Shown piece by piece: positions 9,392 through 17,980 of a stretch of 64,000 bases of DNA. The stretch's first letter is position 1; the number at the start of each line of letters is the position of its first letter. Source of the DNA: an uncultured Solirubrobacterales bacterium (lineage in GTDB: Bacteria; Actinomycetota; Thermoleophilia; Solirubrobacterales; Solirubrobacteraceae); NCBI GenBank assembly GCA_963830465.1, contig CAWHME010000001.1:127515-191514 (forward strand). The letters run 5' to 3'. The position numbers and the translations under genes are program-made. The notes under the pieces are model-generated. The model did not search any database. It was given only the letters and a program-made list of their open reading frames with translations, and was not told where the DNA came from.

Positions 9392-10063
9392 TCAGCCCGA
9401 GGAAGCTCGATTTCGCAGGCGGAGCGGCCGAGCCCGCAGGCTGGAGGTCCAAGCTGCCGCGATCACTGCAGCGCCGACGACGAACACCACCCACGACAGC
9501 GCGCTCCCGGAGCCGGAGCCCGATCCGGCGGCCGGCGGGGAGCTCTGCACTCCCCCGAGTGCCAGCGGGTGCCCGCTCGCCGCCGCGAGCTCCTCCACCG
9601 CGGTGACCGCCACCGCCGGCAGCTGGGCACTCCCTGCGGACGAACGGACACGGGTCAGCGCGGCCTGCTCAGCGGGTCGCGGATGGCCCCCGCCGTAGAG
9701 GCCGAAGCCATCGGACATCACGATCAGTACCCGCCCACCGAAGACCAGCGACAGCTCTTCCCCGAGGAACTGAGCATAGGCCTCGGGCTGGCGCCAGAGC
9801 GCGGTCACCGAGCCGAGATCCGAGCGCGAGGCGATTACCGCAACGCGGATCGGGTAGCCGTTGCGGTTGGCTGCCTGCAGGACCGCCTGGAGCCGAGCCT
9901 GCTGGCTGGTGGTGGCGCCGGCATCCCACGGCAGAAACACATTCTGGGAGACGAGCACGTCGCTGGCCGGATCGCCATCCGCCTGGGCCGAACCCGCCAG
10001 CAACGCGCTCGCCAGTGCTATCGAGGCGCACAGCAGAGCCGCTCGCAGCCACCGGCGAGCCAC
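9392..10063 (-). CDS. Secreted, C-terminally TM-anchored protein of unknown function (paralog of the N-terminal domain of 6914..9385)
   Basis: GTG at 10063 gives (M)ARRWLRAALLCASIALASALLAGSAQA/DGDP, a clean signal peptide. The body aligns by eye to the 823-aa protein (ADGDPxSDVLV, GxPIRVAxIA, DLGxVTALWRxP, AYAxFLGxELSL). Lies 6 nt upstream of the next gene. Confidence 0.65.
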   Translation of the reverse strand: MARRWLRAALLCASIALASALLAGSAQADGDPASDVLVSQNVFLPWDAGATTSQQARLQAVLQAANRNGYPIRVAVIASRSDLGSVTALWRQPEAYAQFLGEELSLVFGGRVLIVMSDGFGLYGGGHPRPAEQAALTRVRSSAGSAQLPAVAVTAVEELAAASGHPLALGGVQSSPPAAGSGSGSGSALSWVVFVVGAAVIAAAWTSSLRARPLRLRNRASSG

Positions 10064-10107
10064 GAGCGTCCGGCCCGGGAGAATATGGGGGCTTACTGAC
10101 AACGGTG

Positions 10108-11226
10108 ATGAGCTCAACGATGACATGGCCCGAAGCAGCGGCCGCTGGCCGGGCCGACGCAAAGTCTAGGCACCGGGCGTGCGCTTTCCGCCATGTGCTG
10201 ATCGCGCTCGGCGCGCTGCTGTGCCTGGCCGCGCTGGCCCCCGCGGCGCAGGCGCACGGCCCGATCGCGCCCGTGGCCAGCAGCTACCTCGCGAAGGTCG
10301 GCCGGGTTCCCGCGGGCCTCGAGGCCAAGGTTGTCGACGGCGACCTGCGGATGTGGCTGAAGGTGCCAGCCACGATGACCGTGGTGGTGCTCGACTACCG
10401 CGGCGCCCCGTATCTGCGCTTCTCGAGCTCGGGCGTGCAGGTCAACACGAACTCATCGATGTATTACCTGAACCAGACCCCGGTGGCGGAGACGCCGCCG
10501 ACCTACCTGAGCCGCACGACCCCTCCCAGCTGGCAGCATGTGAGCAGCGGGCATTCCTATGGGTGGCATGACGGCAGGTTGCATGCGCTCGCGGCGGTCG
10601 CGCTCGCCCCTGGGACAAGGTATGTGGGCGGGTGGAGCATCCCGATTCTCCTCGACGGGCGCGCAAGCACCCTCTCCGGGGGCGTCTGGCATGCGGCAGA
10701 CCCCTCGATCGTGTGGTTCTGGCCGATCGTCGTGCTCCTGGCATGCGTGCTCGCGGCGTGGCGGTTGCGAGACCCGGCGCTCGACGCACGCCTTGCTCGG
10801 GTGCTCGGCGTCACCGCGCTGATCGCACTGGCGGTGGTGAGCATCGGCAGAGGTCTTCACGGGCGACCGAACATCGGCGTGGGCCAGCTGATCGAGATGG
10901 CGATCATCCTCGCGTTCGTTGCCTGGGGCTTGCGTCGAATGTCGCGAAAGCGACCGGGATATTTCGCCTATTTCCTGATCTCGTTCGTCGCCTTGTGGGA
11001 GGGCGTAAGCCTGCTCTCGACTCTGTTGAACGGGTTTGTGCTGGTGGCCCTGCCGGCGACCGTGGCGCGAATCGCGACCGTCCTGTGCCTCGCCGCCGGC
11101 GCGGCGATCCCGCTGCTCGTCCTCCGGTTGGCCGAGCAGTCGAAGTCGGCGCAGAATTCCGCTACTCGACCCGCGACCGAAGATCAAGATCCTGAAGCGC
11201 TGCACAACGCCCATCGCGTCGGATAG
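10108..11226 (+). CDS. Membrane protein: exported N-terminal domain starting with His after the predicted cleavage site, plus ~6 C-terminal TM helices
   Basis: Signal-like ...RHVLIALGALLCLAALAPAAQA/HGPIAPV, a ~200-aa soluble domain, then hydrophobic spans. Start (10108 or 10120) uncertain. Confidence 0.55.
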   Translation: MSSTMTWPEAAAAGRADAKSRHRACAFRHVLIALGALLCLAALAPAAQAHGPIAPVASSYLAKVGRVPAGLEAKVVDGDLRMWLKVPATMTVVVLDYRGAPYLRFSSSGVQVNTNSSMYYLNQTPVAETPPTYLSRTTPPSWQHVSSGHSYGWHDGRLHALAAVALAPGTRYVGGWSIPILLDGRASTLSGGVWHAADPSIVWFWPIVVLLACVLAAWRLRDPALDARLARVLGVTALIALAVVSIGRGLHGRPNIGVGQLIEMAIILAFVAWGLRRMSRKRPGYFAYFLISFVALWEGVSLLSTLLNGFVLVALPATVARIATVLCLAAGAAIPLLVLRLAEQSKSAQNSATRPATEDQDPEALHNAHRVG

Positions 11227-11878
11227 AAAGCTTCTCGCCCTCGGGCTCGGTGTCGCGCTCGGTGTCGCGCTGCTTGCGGGATGCGGATCGTCCTCTACGC
11301 GGGAACCGACGACAGCGACCGCGGCAGCGACCGCCCGGAGCCAGGGAGCGAGGACCGGGACTCCGGGAGCGACGAGCGGGATCCCGGGTAGCCTGCTGGC
11401 CGAAGCGCGTCCTATCGGTACCGGCCCGCGCTTTCAGCCACCCGCGAGCGGCCCGATCATCGGCCCGTGCCTAAGCAGGCTCGGACCGCGCAGCGGCGTT
11501 CACCTGGAGCTGTTTGCGGCGAATCGGGTCGTGCTCGTGCCGGCCGGGATCGGCACCCTATCCCCCCGCTCCTTCTCCGCCGGGCGGATTGCCGGCGCCC
11601 GCTGCTACGGCGACGTGGTGACACTCGAGCCGACCGGCATCGTGCTCCTGCGTGCCGGTCGCCGGCTGACGCTGGCATCCATCTTCCGCTCCTGGGGCGA
11701 GCCGCTGAGCAACGGTCGCCTGGCCTCGTTCTCGGGCCCGGTGACCGTCTTCGTGAATGGTCGTCGGTGGCGCGGTCAACCGGGCGAGCTACTTCTCGTC
11801 AAGCACTCCGAGATCGTGCTCGAGGTAGGGCCTCGCGTGCCACCACACACTTCGTTTGCGTTCCCGCCAGGGACATGA
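11192..11878 (+). CDS. Putative lipoprotein, conserved actinobacterial family of unknown function
   Basis: LLALGLGVALGVALLAGCGSS lipobox. The only plausible in-frame start near it is CTG 11192 (start uncertain). The C-terminal VHLELFAANRVVLVPAGIG...FRSWGEPLS...VTVFVNGRRWRG pattern recalls uncharacterised lipoproteins seen near thiol-disulfide genes. Confidence 0.45.
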   Translation: MKRCTTPIASDRKLLALGLGVALGVALLAGCGSSSTREPTTATAAATARSQGARTGTPGATSGIPGSLLAEARPIGTGPRFQPPASGPIIGPCLSRLGPRSGVHLELFAANRVVLVPAGIGTLSPRSFSAGRIAGARCYGDVVTLEPTGIVLLRAGRRLTLASIFRSWGEPLSNGRLASFSGPVTVFVNGRRWRGQPGELLLVKHSEIVLEVGPRVPPHTSFAFPPGT

Positions 11879-11978
11879 TCGGCCTGTTGCGCGGGCTCGC
11901 CGATCGCGCGTAGCGCGGGCATAATCAGACGTTCCACCCCCTCCCCTTTTCATACTGCCCACAGCGAAAGGACAGGCG

Positions 11979-12329
11979 ATGGGCTCATCGACACTCGCGA
12001 GTAACCGAGGCCGGGCGTCTGGCAGACGCAACCACCTTCGCCGTAACCTGCTGATCGCCGCCGCGGTCATCGTCGCGGAGATCGTGGTGATGAGGCTTCG
12101 TGGCTACCGGTTCGGCGTCGACGTGATCGTCAGATGCCAGAAGGGTCACCTGTTCTCGACCATCTGGCTGCCCGGCGGCTCGCTGAAGTCGGCCCGCCTG
12201 GGATGGTGGAGATTCCAGCGCTGCCCGGTCGGAGGCCATTGGTCGCTCGTCACCCCTGTGAAGGTAACGGAGCTGAGCGACGAGGAGAGGCGCATCGCCC
12301 GCGAGCACAAGGACATCCGAGTTCCCTGA
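11979..12329 (+). CDS. Small N-terminally anchored protein with C/H pairs (CQKGH...CPVGGH)
   Basis: ATG preceded by GAAAGGACAGGCG. One TM (LLIAAAVIVAEIVVM). No family recognised. Confidence 0.45.
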   Translation: MGSSTLASNRGRASGRRNHLRRNLLIAAAVIVAEIVVMRLRGYRFGVDVIVRCQKGHLFSTIWLPGGSLKSARLGWWRFQRCPVGGHWSLVTPVKVTELSDEERRIAREHKDIRVP

Positions 12330-12391
12330 GGCCGGCGGCGAACACGACGCGAGCAGCGCGCCCCTAGGACCCCGATCGCGACCCCTCGATC

Positions 12392-13213
12392 ATGCCCGAC
12401 TCACCGAAGATCACGGTTGTCGGATCCGCGAACATCGACCTCGTTGCCCGCTGTGAGCGGCTGCCGCGTCCCGGTGAGACGGTGACCGACGCCGAGTTCG
12501 AGCGGGTCGCCGGTGGCAAGGGGGCGAACCAAGCGGTGGCTGCGGCGCGGCTTGGCGCACGCGTGAGATTCGTGGGACGGATTGGCCGGGACGACCTAGT
12601 GCTGCGCTCGCTCGAGCGCGAGGGCGTGGACACCAGCGGGGTGATCCGCGACGATGGTGAAAGCGGCGTTGCGCTGGTGCTCGTCGACGAGGGCGGCGAC
12701 AACGTGATCGTGGTCGCGCCGGGAGCAAACCGTCGATTGGAGCCTGGGCACGTTGAGGTGGGAGAAGAGGACGCGGTCATGTGCCAGCTGGAGATCCCCA
12801 GTGAGGTGGTCGCCGCGGCCGCAGCACGAGCGCGTTTCTTTTGCTTGAACGCTGCACCCGCGCGTGGCCCGGTCGAGCTGGACCCCGACCTGCTGATCGT
12901 GAACCGATATGAGTACGAGCGCGTCGGGCCCCGCCGGGGGCTGGTCGCGCTCACCCTGGGCGCGGAAGGCGCGGTGCTGCTCGAGGACGGCGAGGAGGTC
13001 GCTCGCGCGCGCCCTCCCCGGATCGACGCCATCGACGGAACGGCCGCCGGTGACGCGTTTTGCGCCGCGCTCCTGGTGTCGCTGCTCGAGGGCCACGGGC
13101 GCCAAGATGCCCTTGCCAGGGCCTGCGCCGCCGGCGCGCTAGCCGCCTCCCGCCCGGGAGCGCAGCCCTCCTTGCCAACCGCCGCCGAGCTCGACGCGGC
13201 GCTGTCCGGCTGA
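12392..13213 (+). CDS. rbsK: Ribokinase (PfkB family)
   Basis: ITVVGSANIDLVARCERLPRPGETV...GGKGANQAVAAARLG and C-terminal DGTAAGDAFCAALL motifs. Confidence 0.85.
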   Translation: MPDSPKITVVGSANIDLVARCERLPRPGETVTDAEFERVAGGKGANQAVAAARLGARVRFVGRIGRDDLVLRSLEREGVDTSGVIRDDGESGVALVLVDEGGDNVIVVAPGANRRLEPGHVEVGEEDAVMCQLEIPSEVVAAAAARARFFCLNAAPARGPVELDPDLLIVNRYEYERVGPRRGLVALTLGAEGAVLLEDGEEVARARPPRIDAIDGTAAGDAFCAALLVSLLEGHGRQDALARACAAGALAASRPGAQPSLPTAAELDAALSG

Positions 13214-13239
13214 CCAGCAGGTCTGCTCGGCTTGCCAGC

Positions 13240-14073
13240 ATGAGCGAGGCCGCCGGTAGCGCTCGAGACCACGGGGTCGTCGATAACGGCTCGTCGATCC
13301 CCCCACCACTGACTGAAGTCGCCGCCGCTCCGCGCCCGAGCGCGGCCGAGGAAGCGCGCACGCTTCTCGCCGCGACAAACGTTGCCGCGCTCGCGACGCT
13401 CACTGCCACCGGCGACCCGTGGGCTTCGCTGGTCACCTATGGGGCGCTCGAGGATGGCTCGCCCGTAATGTGCCTTTCTCACCTCGCCGAGCACGGTCGA
13501 AACCTTGCCGGCGATCCCCGGGCGAGCTTGCTGATCAACGAGCCAGACCGCCGGGCCGATCCGCTGGGAGCGGCGCGGGTCACGCTCGCAGGGCTCGCGG
13601 AGCGCGTCGAGCACGCGCCTGAGCTCGAGTGCGCGCGGTCGGCGCACGTGAGTGCCGTTCCAGCGGCTGAGCTCTACGTCGACTTCTCGGACTTCTCCCT
13701 GTGGATCCTGCGAGTGCAGCGCGTCCGGTGGGTCGGCGGATACGGGCGGATGGACTCTGCCTCGGGCGCCGCTTACGCGGCCGCGAGTCCCGATCCGGTC
13801 GCAAACGATGCCGACGCCGCGATCGCTCACCTCAACCAGGATCATGCAGGGTCGCTGCTGATGATCGCGCAAACGCTGGGCGGCTACCCCGACGCGACCG
13901 CCGCGCGATGCAGGCGCCTCGACCGGCGTGGCATCGATCTCGCGCTCGCGACACCACGCGGCCCGGCCCAGACCCGCGTGGCGTTCCCGCTCGAGTTGGT
14001 GCACCGCTCACAGCTGCGCACCGCCGCCGTCGAGCTGACTCGCCGCGCCCGCGCCCTCCGCGAGAGGGCCTGA
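13240..14073 (+). CDS. Pyridoxamine-5'-phosphate-oxidase-like split-barrel + DUF2470 protein (HugZ/heme-utilisation-like)
   Basis: ARTLLAATNVAALATLTATGDPWASLVTYGALEDGSPVMCLSHLAEHGRNL..., then the DUF2470-like AIAHLNQDHAGSLLMIAQ. ATG 13240 chosen inside track ORF 13060..14073. Confidence 0.7.
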   Translation: MSEAAGSARDHGVVDNGSSIPPPLTEVAAAPRPSAAEEARTLLAATNVAALATLTATGDPWASLVTYGALEDGSPVMCLSHLAEHGRNLAGDPRASLLINEPDRRADPLGAARVTLAGLAERVEHAPELECARSAHVSAVPAAELYVDFSDFSLWILRVQRVRWVGGYGRMDSASGAAYAAASPDPVANDADAAIAHLNQDHAGSLLMIAQTLGGYPDATAARCRRLDRRGIDLALATPRGPAQTRVAFPLELVHRSQLRTAAVELTRRARALRERA

Positions 14074-14374
14074 GCCGCGCCCCGCCGGCGCACCCCGCGC
14101 CTCCGCAGGACCCCCTGAGCGCGCCCGCCCACCAACGGGCCAGTGTCTCCGTCCGCTTCTCGCGAGAACATTGGATCGTGGCGTTCTCCCCTCCCCCGAA
14201 CCGCGCCAGGCCCACTCACACCGCTGCGGCCGATCGCCGATCGGTGGTGCGCGGCTATCACCTTTTCCGGGCCATAGCGGACATCTCGAGCGGCCGCCCG
14301 AGCTGGGCCGCCTACCAGTTGTGGCGCGCGATCGACGGCGCCGGTCGCATCTCGGGCGGAAATGAGCAACGCCG

Positions 14375-14623
14375 GTGAGGGTTGAGCGAGTCGCCGTCGG
14401 CGACATCGTAAAGGCGTCGATCGGGGGCAGAATCGTCTACGGCGAGGTCGTCGAGATCCGCGAGCGGGTCGTGTACTTCAGACCGATCTCGCCGGCCGCG
14501 GGTTGGCGTCACGCGCGCGCTCATCAGGTCGTCGGCCACTGGCGCAAGGCGGGTAGTCGGCAGCCAGCTGCGGAAGCTTCCAGAAAGCCGCTGGAGCAGC
14601 TGGCCTTACGGGTGAACGGCTGA
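14375..14623 (+). CDS. Hypothetical 82-aa protein
   Basis: Track ORF only. Composition is protein-like; no family recognised. Confidence 0.3.
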   Translation: MRVERVAVGDIVKASIGGRIVYGEVVEIRERVVYFRPISPAAGWRHARAHQVVGHWRKAGSRQPAAEASRKPLEQLALRVNG

Positions 14624-14642
14624 GGAGCAGCGGCGATCTGCC

Positions 14643-14670
14643 ACGCGGGCTGGCCGTCTCTGGCCCGCGT
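14643..14670 (+). terminator. Possible intrinsic terminator hairpin
   Basis: ACGCGGGC (14643-14650) pairs with GCCCGCGT (14663-14670), with a 12-nt loop. Lies 20 nt after the stop at 14623 and is followed by a moderately T-rich stretch. Confidence 0.3.
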
Positions 14671-14738
14671 AAGCCGTCTTCAGCTGTTCTTCACCGCCAG
14701 TTACTTGTTTGTTGTGGTCCCCTGGTGCTATTGCTGTC

Positions 14739-16259
14739 ATGACGATCGTTGACGGCACGCGGACCTCGCCGGACTCCGGGGTCAAGCTGATCAGCGATCG
14801 ACGGGCCCCCGGTCCGGAGGTAGTGCACCCACCGCAGGATGACGCCCTCGCGCTGCTCGAGAACCGCTCCCGCAGGCGGGCCGTCGTCGCGGAGTGCGCG
14901 CCTCCGGACCACGATCCGATTTCCGGCTCGGACGCCGGCGCGAATCAGCCGCGCGGCGGTCAGGCCCTCACCGCCGCCCTATCCGTACTTGTCTTCATCG
15001 CGCTCGCGAACATCGTGGTCTGCGTCGTTCGGATCGCGGCGGGGAGCAGCGACCACATCACGTGGCTACGTCTCTCACTCGAGCTTGTGGTCTGCGGCGC
15101 CTTGTCGGCTTGCCTCTGGGCGCGTCTTCGCGCTCGCGCGCGAGCGTCAGGAGATCTCGAGCACCCGCTCGCGATCGAGACCGCCGAACCTGCCTCTCGA
15201 GATCGGCGGGCTGGGCGGCGCAACTGGTTGCGCATCGGGCGGCCACTGTTCACGGCCGGCTTGCTCGTGATGGCGGCGTTCACCGTCGCCGGCCAGTGGG
15301 GGACCGTGGAGTCGGCTGTCGGACATCTCACCCATCTGCAGTGGCGGTGGGTCAGGTGGTCGATCTATGCCGAGGCGCTGTCGGTCGTGGCGCTAGCGTC
15401 GCTTGGGTGGATCCTCTTGCGAGCGGGGGGCCGCAGGCTCAGCCTGGGGTCGTTTCTCGCCCTCACGCTCGCCAGCAATGCCCTCTCGGTGTCGGTTCCG
15501 GGAGGCCCGGCATGGGGCGCTGCTTTCTCGTTCGAGCAATTGCGGCGGAGGGCAATAGACCGCGGCCTGGCCGCGTTCGTGCTCCTCGCGATGATCATCG
15601 TCTCGGCCGTGGCCTTGCTGGTCCTGCTGGTGGTAGGCGTCGACGTAGCCGGCGGACAGGGGCCTGCGGCGCCCTTCCGGACGCTCGCGACGGCTCTTGC
15701 GCTGCTCGTGATCTTGTGCGCAGTCGCCGTGCTCGTGATCCTTCGCGTACCTGTCGCCCGGTCGTCGCTGGGCGGCGCGTTGACCAAGCTGCGCGGCGAC
15801 CGACACGGCCGCCTCGCCGAGCTGGTCCGCCGCGGCACCAGCGAGCTCGCCGGAGTGCGCTGTACCCCGCGAACCCTCATGGCTAGCCTTGGCGCGGCGC
15901 TTCTCAACTGGATCACGGACTGTGCGTGCCTGGTGGCCGCGATCCTGGCGGTAGCGGGGCAGGTGCCGTGGCGGGGCGTGCTGGTTGCCTATGCGCTCGC
16001 GCAGGTGGCGGCGAACCTGCCGATCACCCCCGGCGGCATCGGTATCGTCGAAGGAACGCTGTCGCTGTTGCTGGTCGCGTACGGGATGCCGACCGGCACC
16101 GCGGTGGCCGCTGTGCTCCTCTACCGCATCATCAGCTTCTGGATCTTCGTCCCGATCGGCTGGGCGACTGCTGGCGTCATGATCGCGCTGCAGCGCGGCT
16201 ATCGTCCTGACTGGATCACGCGAGTGCCGGCGCCTCAGGGCCGTCCCTCACCCGTGTGA
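14739..16259 (+). CDS. Lysylphosphatidylglycerol-synthase-TM-region family (UPF0104, YbhN-like) membrane protein
   Basis: LNWITDCACLVAAILAVAG...AQVAANLPITPGGIGIVEGTLSLLLVAYG is the family signature. Start uncertain (14709 or 14739). Confidence 0.75.
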   Translation: MTIVDGTRTSPDSGVKLISDRRAPGPEVVHPPQDDALALLENRSRRRAVVAECAPPDHDPISGSDAGANQPRGGQALTAALSVLVFIALANIVVCVVRIAAGSSDHITWLRLSLELVVCGALSACLWARLRARARASGDLEHPLAIETAEPASRDRRAGRRNWLRIGRPLFTAGLLVMAAFTVAGQWGTVESAVGHLTHLQWRWVRWSIYAEALSVVALASLGWILLRAGGRRLSLGSFLALTLASNALSVSVPGGPAWGAAFSFEQLRRRAIDRGLAAFVLLAMIIVSAVALLVLLVVGVDVAGGQGPAAPFRTLATALALLVILCAVAVLVILRVPVARSSLGGALTKLRGDRHGRLAELVRRGTSELAGVRCTPRTLMASLGAALLNWITDCACLVAAILAVAGQVPWRGVLVAYALAQVAANLPITPGGIGIVEGTLSLLLVAYGMPTGTAVAAVLLYRIISFWIFVPIGWATAGVMIALQRGYRPDWITRVPAPQGRPSPV

Positions 16260-16281
16260 CCGACTCCCGCGAAAGCGACCG

Positions 16282-16653
16282 TCACTCCTCCTTGGTCCAG
16301 TCCCGGCGGGTCGGCGCATAGCCTTCCAGCTGGTCAAGCAGACGCCGCCAGCGGCTTGGCTTGACTCCCGGCTCCTGGACGCGCCAGGCTGGGGCCCCGC
16401 CCTCAGGCCTGGGAAGCGTGCTAGCCGCGGCGCCGTCGATGCGAAGGTCCACCCCGCGTTCGTGCAAGGCCGCGATCTGATCGGCTGCGATGAACCGGCG
16501 GGCTCCACTCACGTTCGCGACGATCCCATGGAAGATGTCCTCGGCGGGAGCGGCGACGACGTGCTCGACCTTGCCGAGATTGTCGCCGTCGCTCGAGAAG
16601 ACCGGAACGCCCTCCTCGAGGACCTGGTAGGCGATCGGTAGCCCCTCATCCAT
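16282..16653 (-). CDS. Small PRC-barrel-like protein
   Basis: VLEEGVPVFSSDGDNLGKVEHVV...FHGIVANV...FIAADQIAALHERGVDLRI resembles PRC-barrel/DUF2171-type proteins. Confidence 0.45.
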   Translation of the reverse strand: MDEGLPIAYQVLEEGVPVFSSDGDNLGKVEHVVAAPAEDIFHGIVANVSGARRFIAADQIAALHERGVDLRIDGAAASTLPRPEGGAPAWRVQEPGVKPSRWRRLLDQLEGYAPTRRDWTKEE

Positions 16654-16717
16654 CGCCGTTACATTAGCGCCGTACTCGGTGTCCGTTCACACCGGCAAAC
16701 CCCACAGCGCCACCCGC

Positions 16718-17893
16718 TCACGCGAGCGCCGCATACGCCGCCGCCTGTATGTCGCGATGCACCTTGGGCAGGTCGGATGTCTCGAACATCCGCTGCGTCA
16801 GCACGATCACCGTCAAATCTCGAGACGGATCCACCAGCCATGATGACCCAAAGCCGCCGTCCCAGCCGAACGCTCCGCTGTCGTACACCGCTTGGCCAAA
16901 GCCCCACGATCGGCCCGAGAAGAAACCGGGACCAAGTCCGCCGTGGGCCTTTTGGGAATCGCTGAGCTGATCGCTGGTCATCGCGTGGACGGCGTCGCGG
17001 GAGAGGACCGGCGCGCCGCCGGCGAGCAGCATTCTCGCGAACGCCAGCAGATCGCCGACGGTCGAGAGCAAGCCGGCCGCTCCGTCGCCGAACGCCGGCG
17101 GGCGGCTCCAGATGCCATCGGGCTCGTCCCAGGCGACCAGCCCGTCAGGCGTGGGGGCATAGGCGGTCGCGAGGCGATCGCGATGCGGGGTCCAGAAACC
17201 GGTGTCGTTCATGCCCAGCGGCTCGAACACCCGCGTGCGAAGCACATCCGCGAACGTCTGACCGGTGGCTCTGGCGAGCAGAACGCCCAGCACCGAGGCG
17301 CCGGTGTTGTACAACCAGCGCTCCCCCGGCTGCGCCAGCAGCGGCAGCATTCCGAGATTCGCGATCCAAGTGTCGGGATCGGGCTGCACAGCCGGGTTGG
17401 GCGGCCCGATCGTCGACAGGTTCAGCTCCTCGGCGGCCGTCGCGATCGGCCACGGGGTCGCTCCCATGAACATCTCCGTGACCATCCCGAAGCCGAAGGT
17501 GAAGGTGAGCAGGTCGCGGGCGGTGATCGCCCGGACGGCGGGAACCGTGTTCTCGAGCGGCCCGTCCATCTGGCGAAGCACGCGGCGCTCGGCCAGCTCT
17601 GGCAGGAGGCGGTCGACCGGTTCGTCGAGCCCGATCAGGCCCTCGGCGGCGACCGCGAGCGTTGCGGCGGCAGTGATCGGCTTAGTCGTCGAGGCGATCC
17701 GGAAGAGCGAGTCGCGAGCCACGGGCCGGCCGTCGACGGACAAGTTTCCAAGTGCTTCGACGTGAACCTCGGTGGCTCGGGCGACGAGCGCCACTAGGCA
17801 CGGAACTCGAGTCTCGCCGACGTGCTCCTCGGCGACGGCATGCAGCCGCTCGATCCCCGCGCTCGTGAAACCGGCGTTCCCGGAGGCTGTCAA
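16718..17893 (-). CDS. Serine hydrolase (beta-lactamase/esterase class C-like)
   Basis: FRIASTTKPITAAA carries the SxxK active-site motif. Length 391 aa. TTG start. Confidence 0.85.
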   Translation of the reverse strand: MTASGNAGFTSAGIERLHAVAEEHVGETRVPCLVALVARATEVHVEALGNLSVDGRPVARDSLFRIASTTKPITAAATLAVAAEGLIGLDEPVDRLLPELAERRVLRQMDGPLENTVPAVRAITARDLLTFTFGFGMVTEMFMGATPWPIATAAEELNLSTIGPPNPAVQPDPDTWIANLGMLPLLAQPGERWLYNTGASVLGVLLARATGQTFADVLRTRVFEPLGMNDTGFWTPHRDRLATAYAPTPDGLVAWDEPDGIWSRPPAFGDGAAGLLSTVGDLLAFARMLLAGGAPVLSRDAVHAMTSDQLSDSQKAHGGLGPGFFSGRSWGFGQAVYDSGAFGWDGGFGSSWLVDPSRDLTVIVLTQRMFETSDLPKVHRDIQAAAYAALA

Positions 17894-17980
17894 CAGGCTT
17901 CATCGCATCCCCTTTCAAAGGTGTTTCAGGCAGAAGACTCCGGGAGGCAATCCGAATCATCGCCGATACGCACGGCTACG

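Noticed and set aside
12364-14004. 546-codon minus-strand ORF covering the ribokinase and HugZ-like genes
   Set aside because: It lies antisense to two well-supported genes and its product is Arg/Ser/Ala/Pro-rich low complexity. This is the typical shadow ORF of high-GC DNA. The same reasoning applies to 1775..2719, 34856..35911, 40765..41979, 24418..25614, 29498..30481 and 57539..58273.
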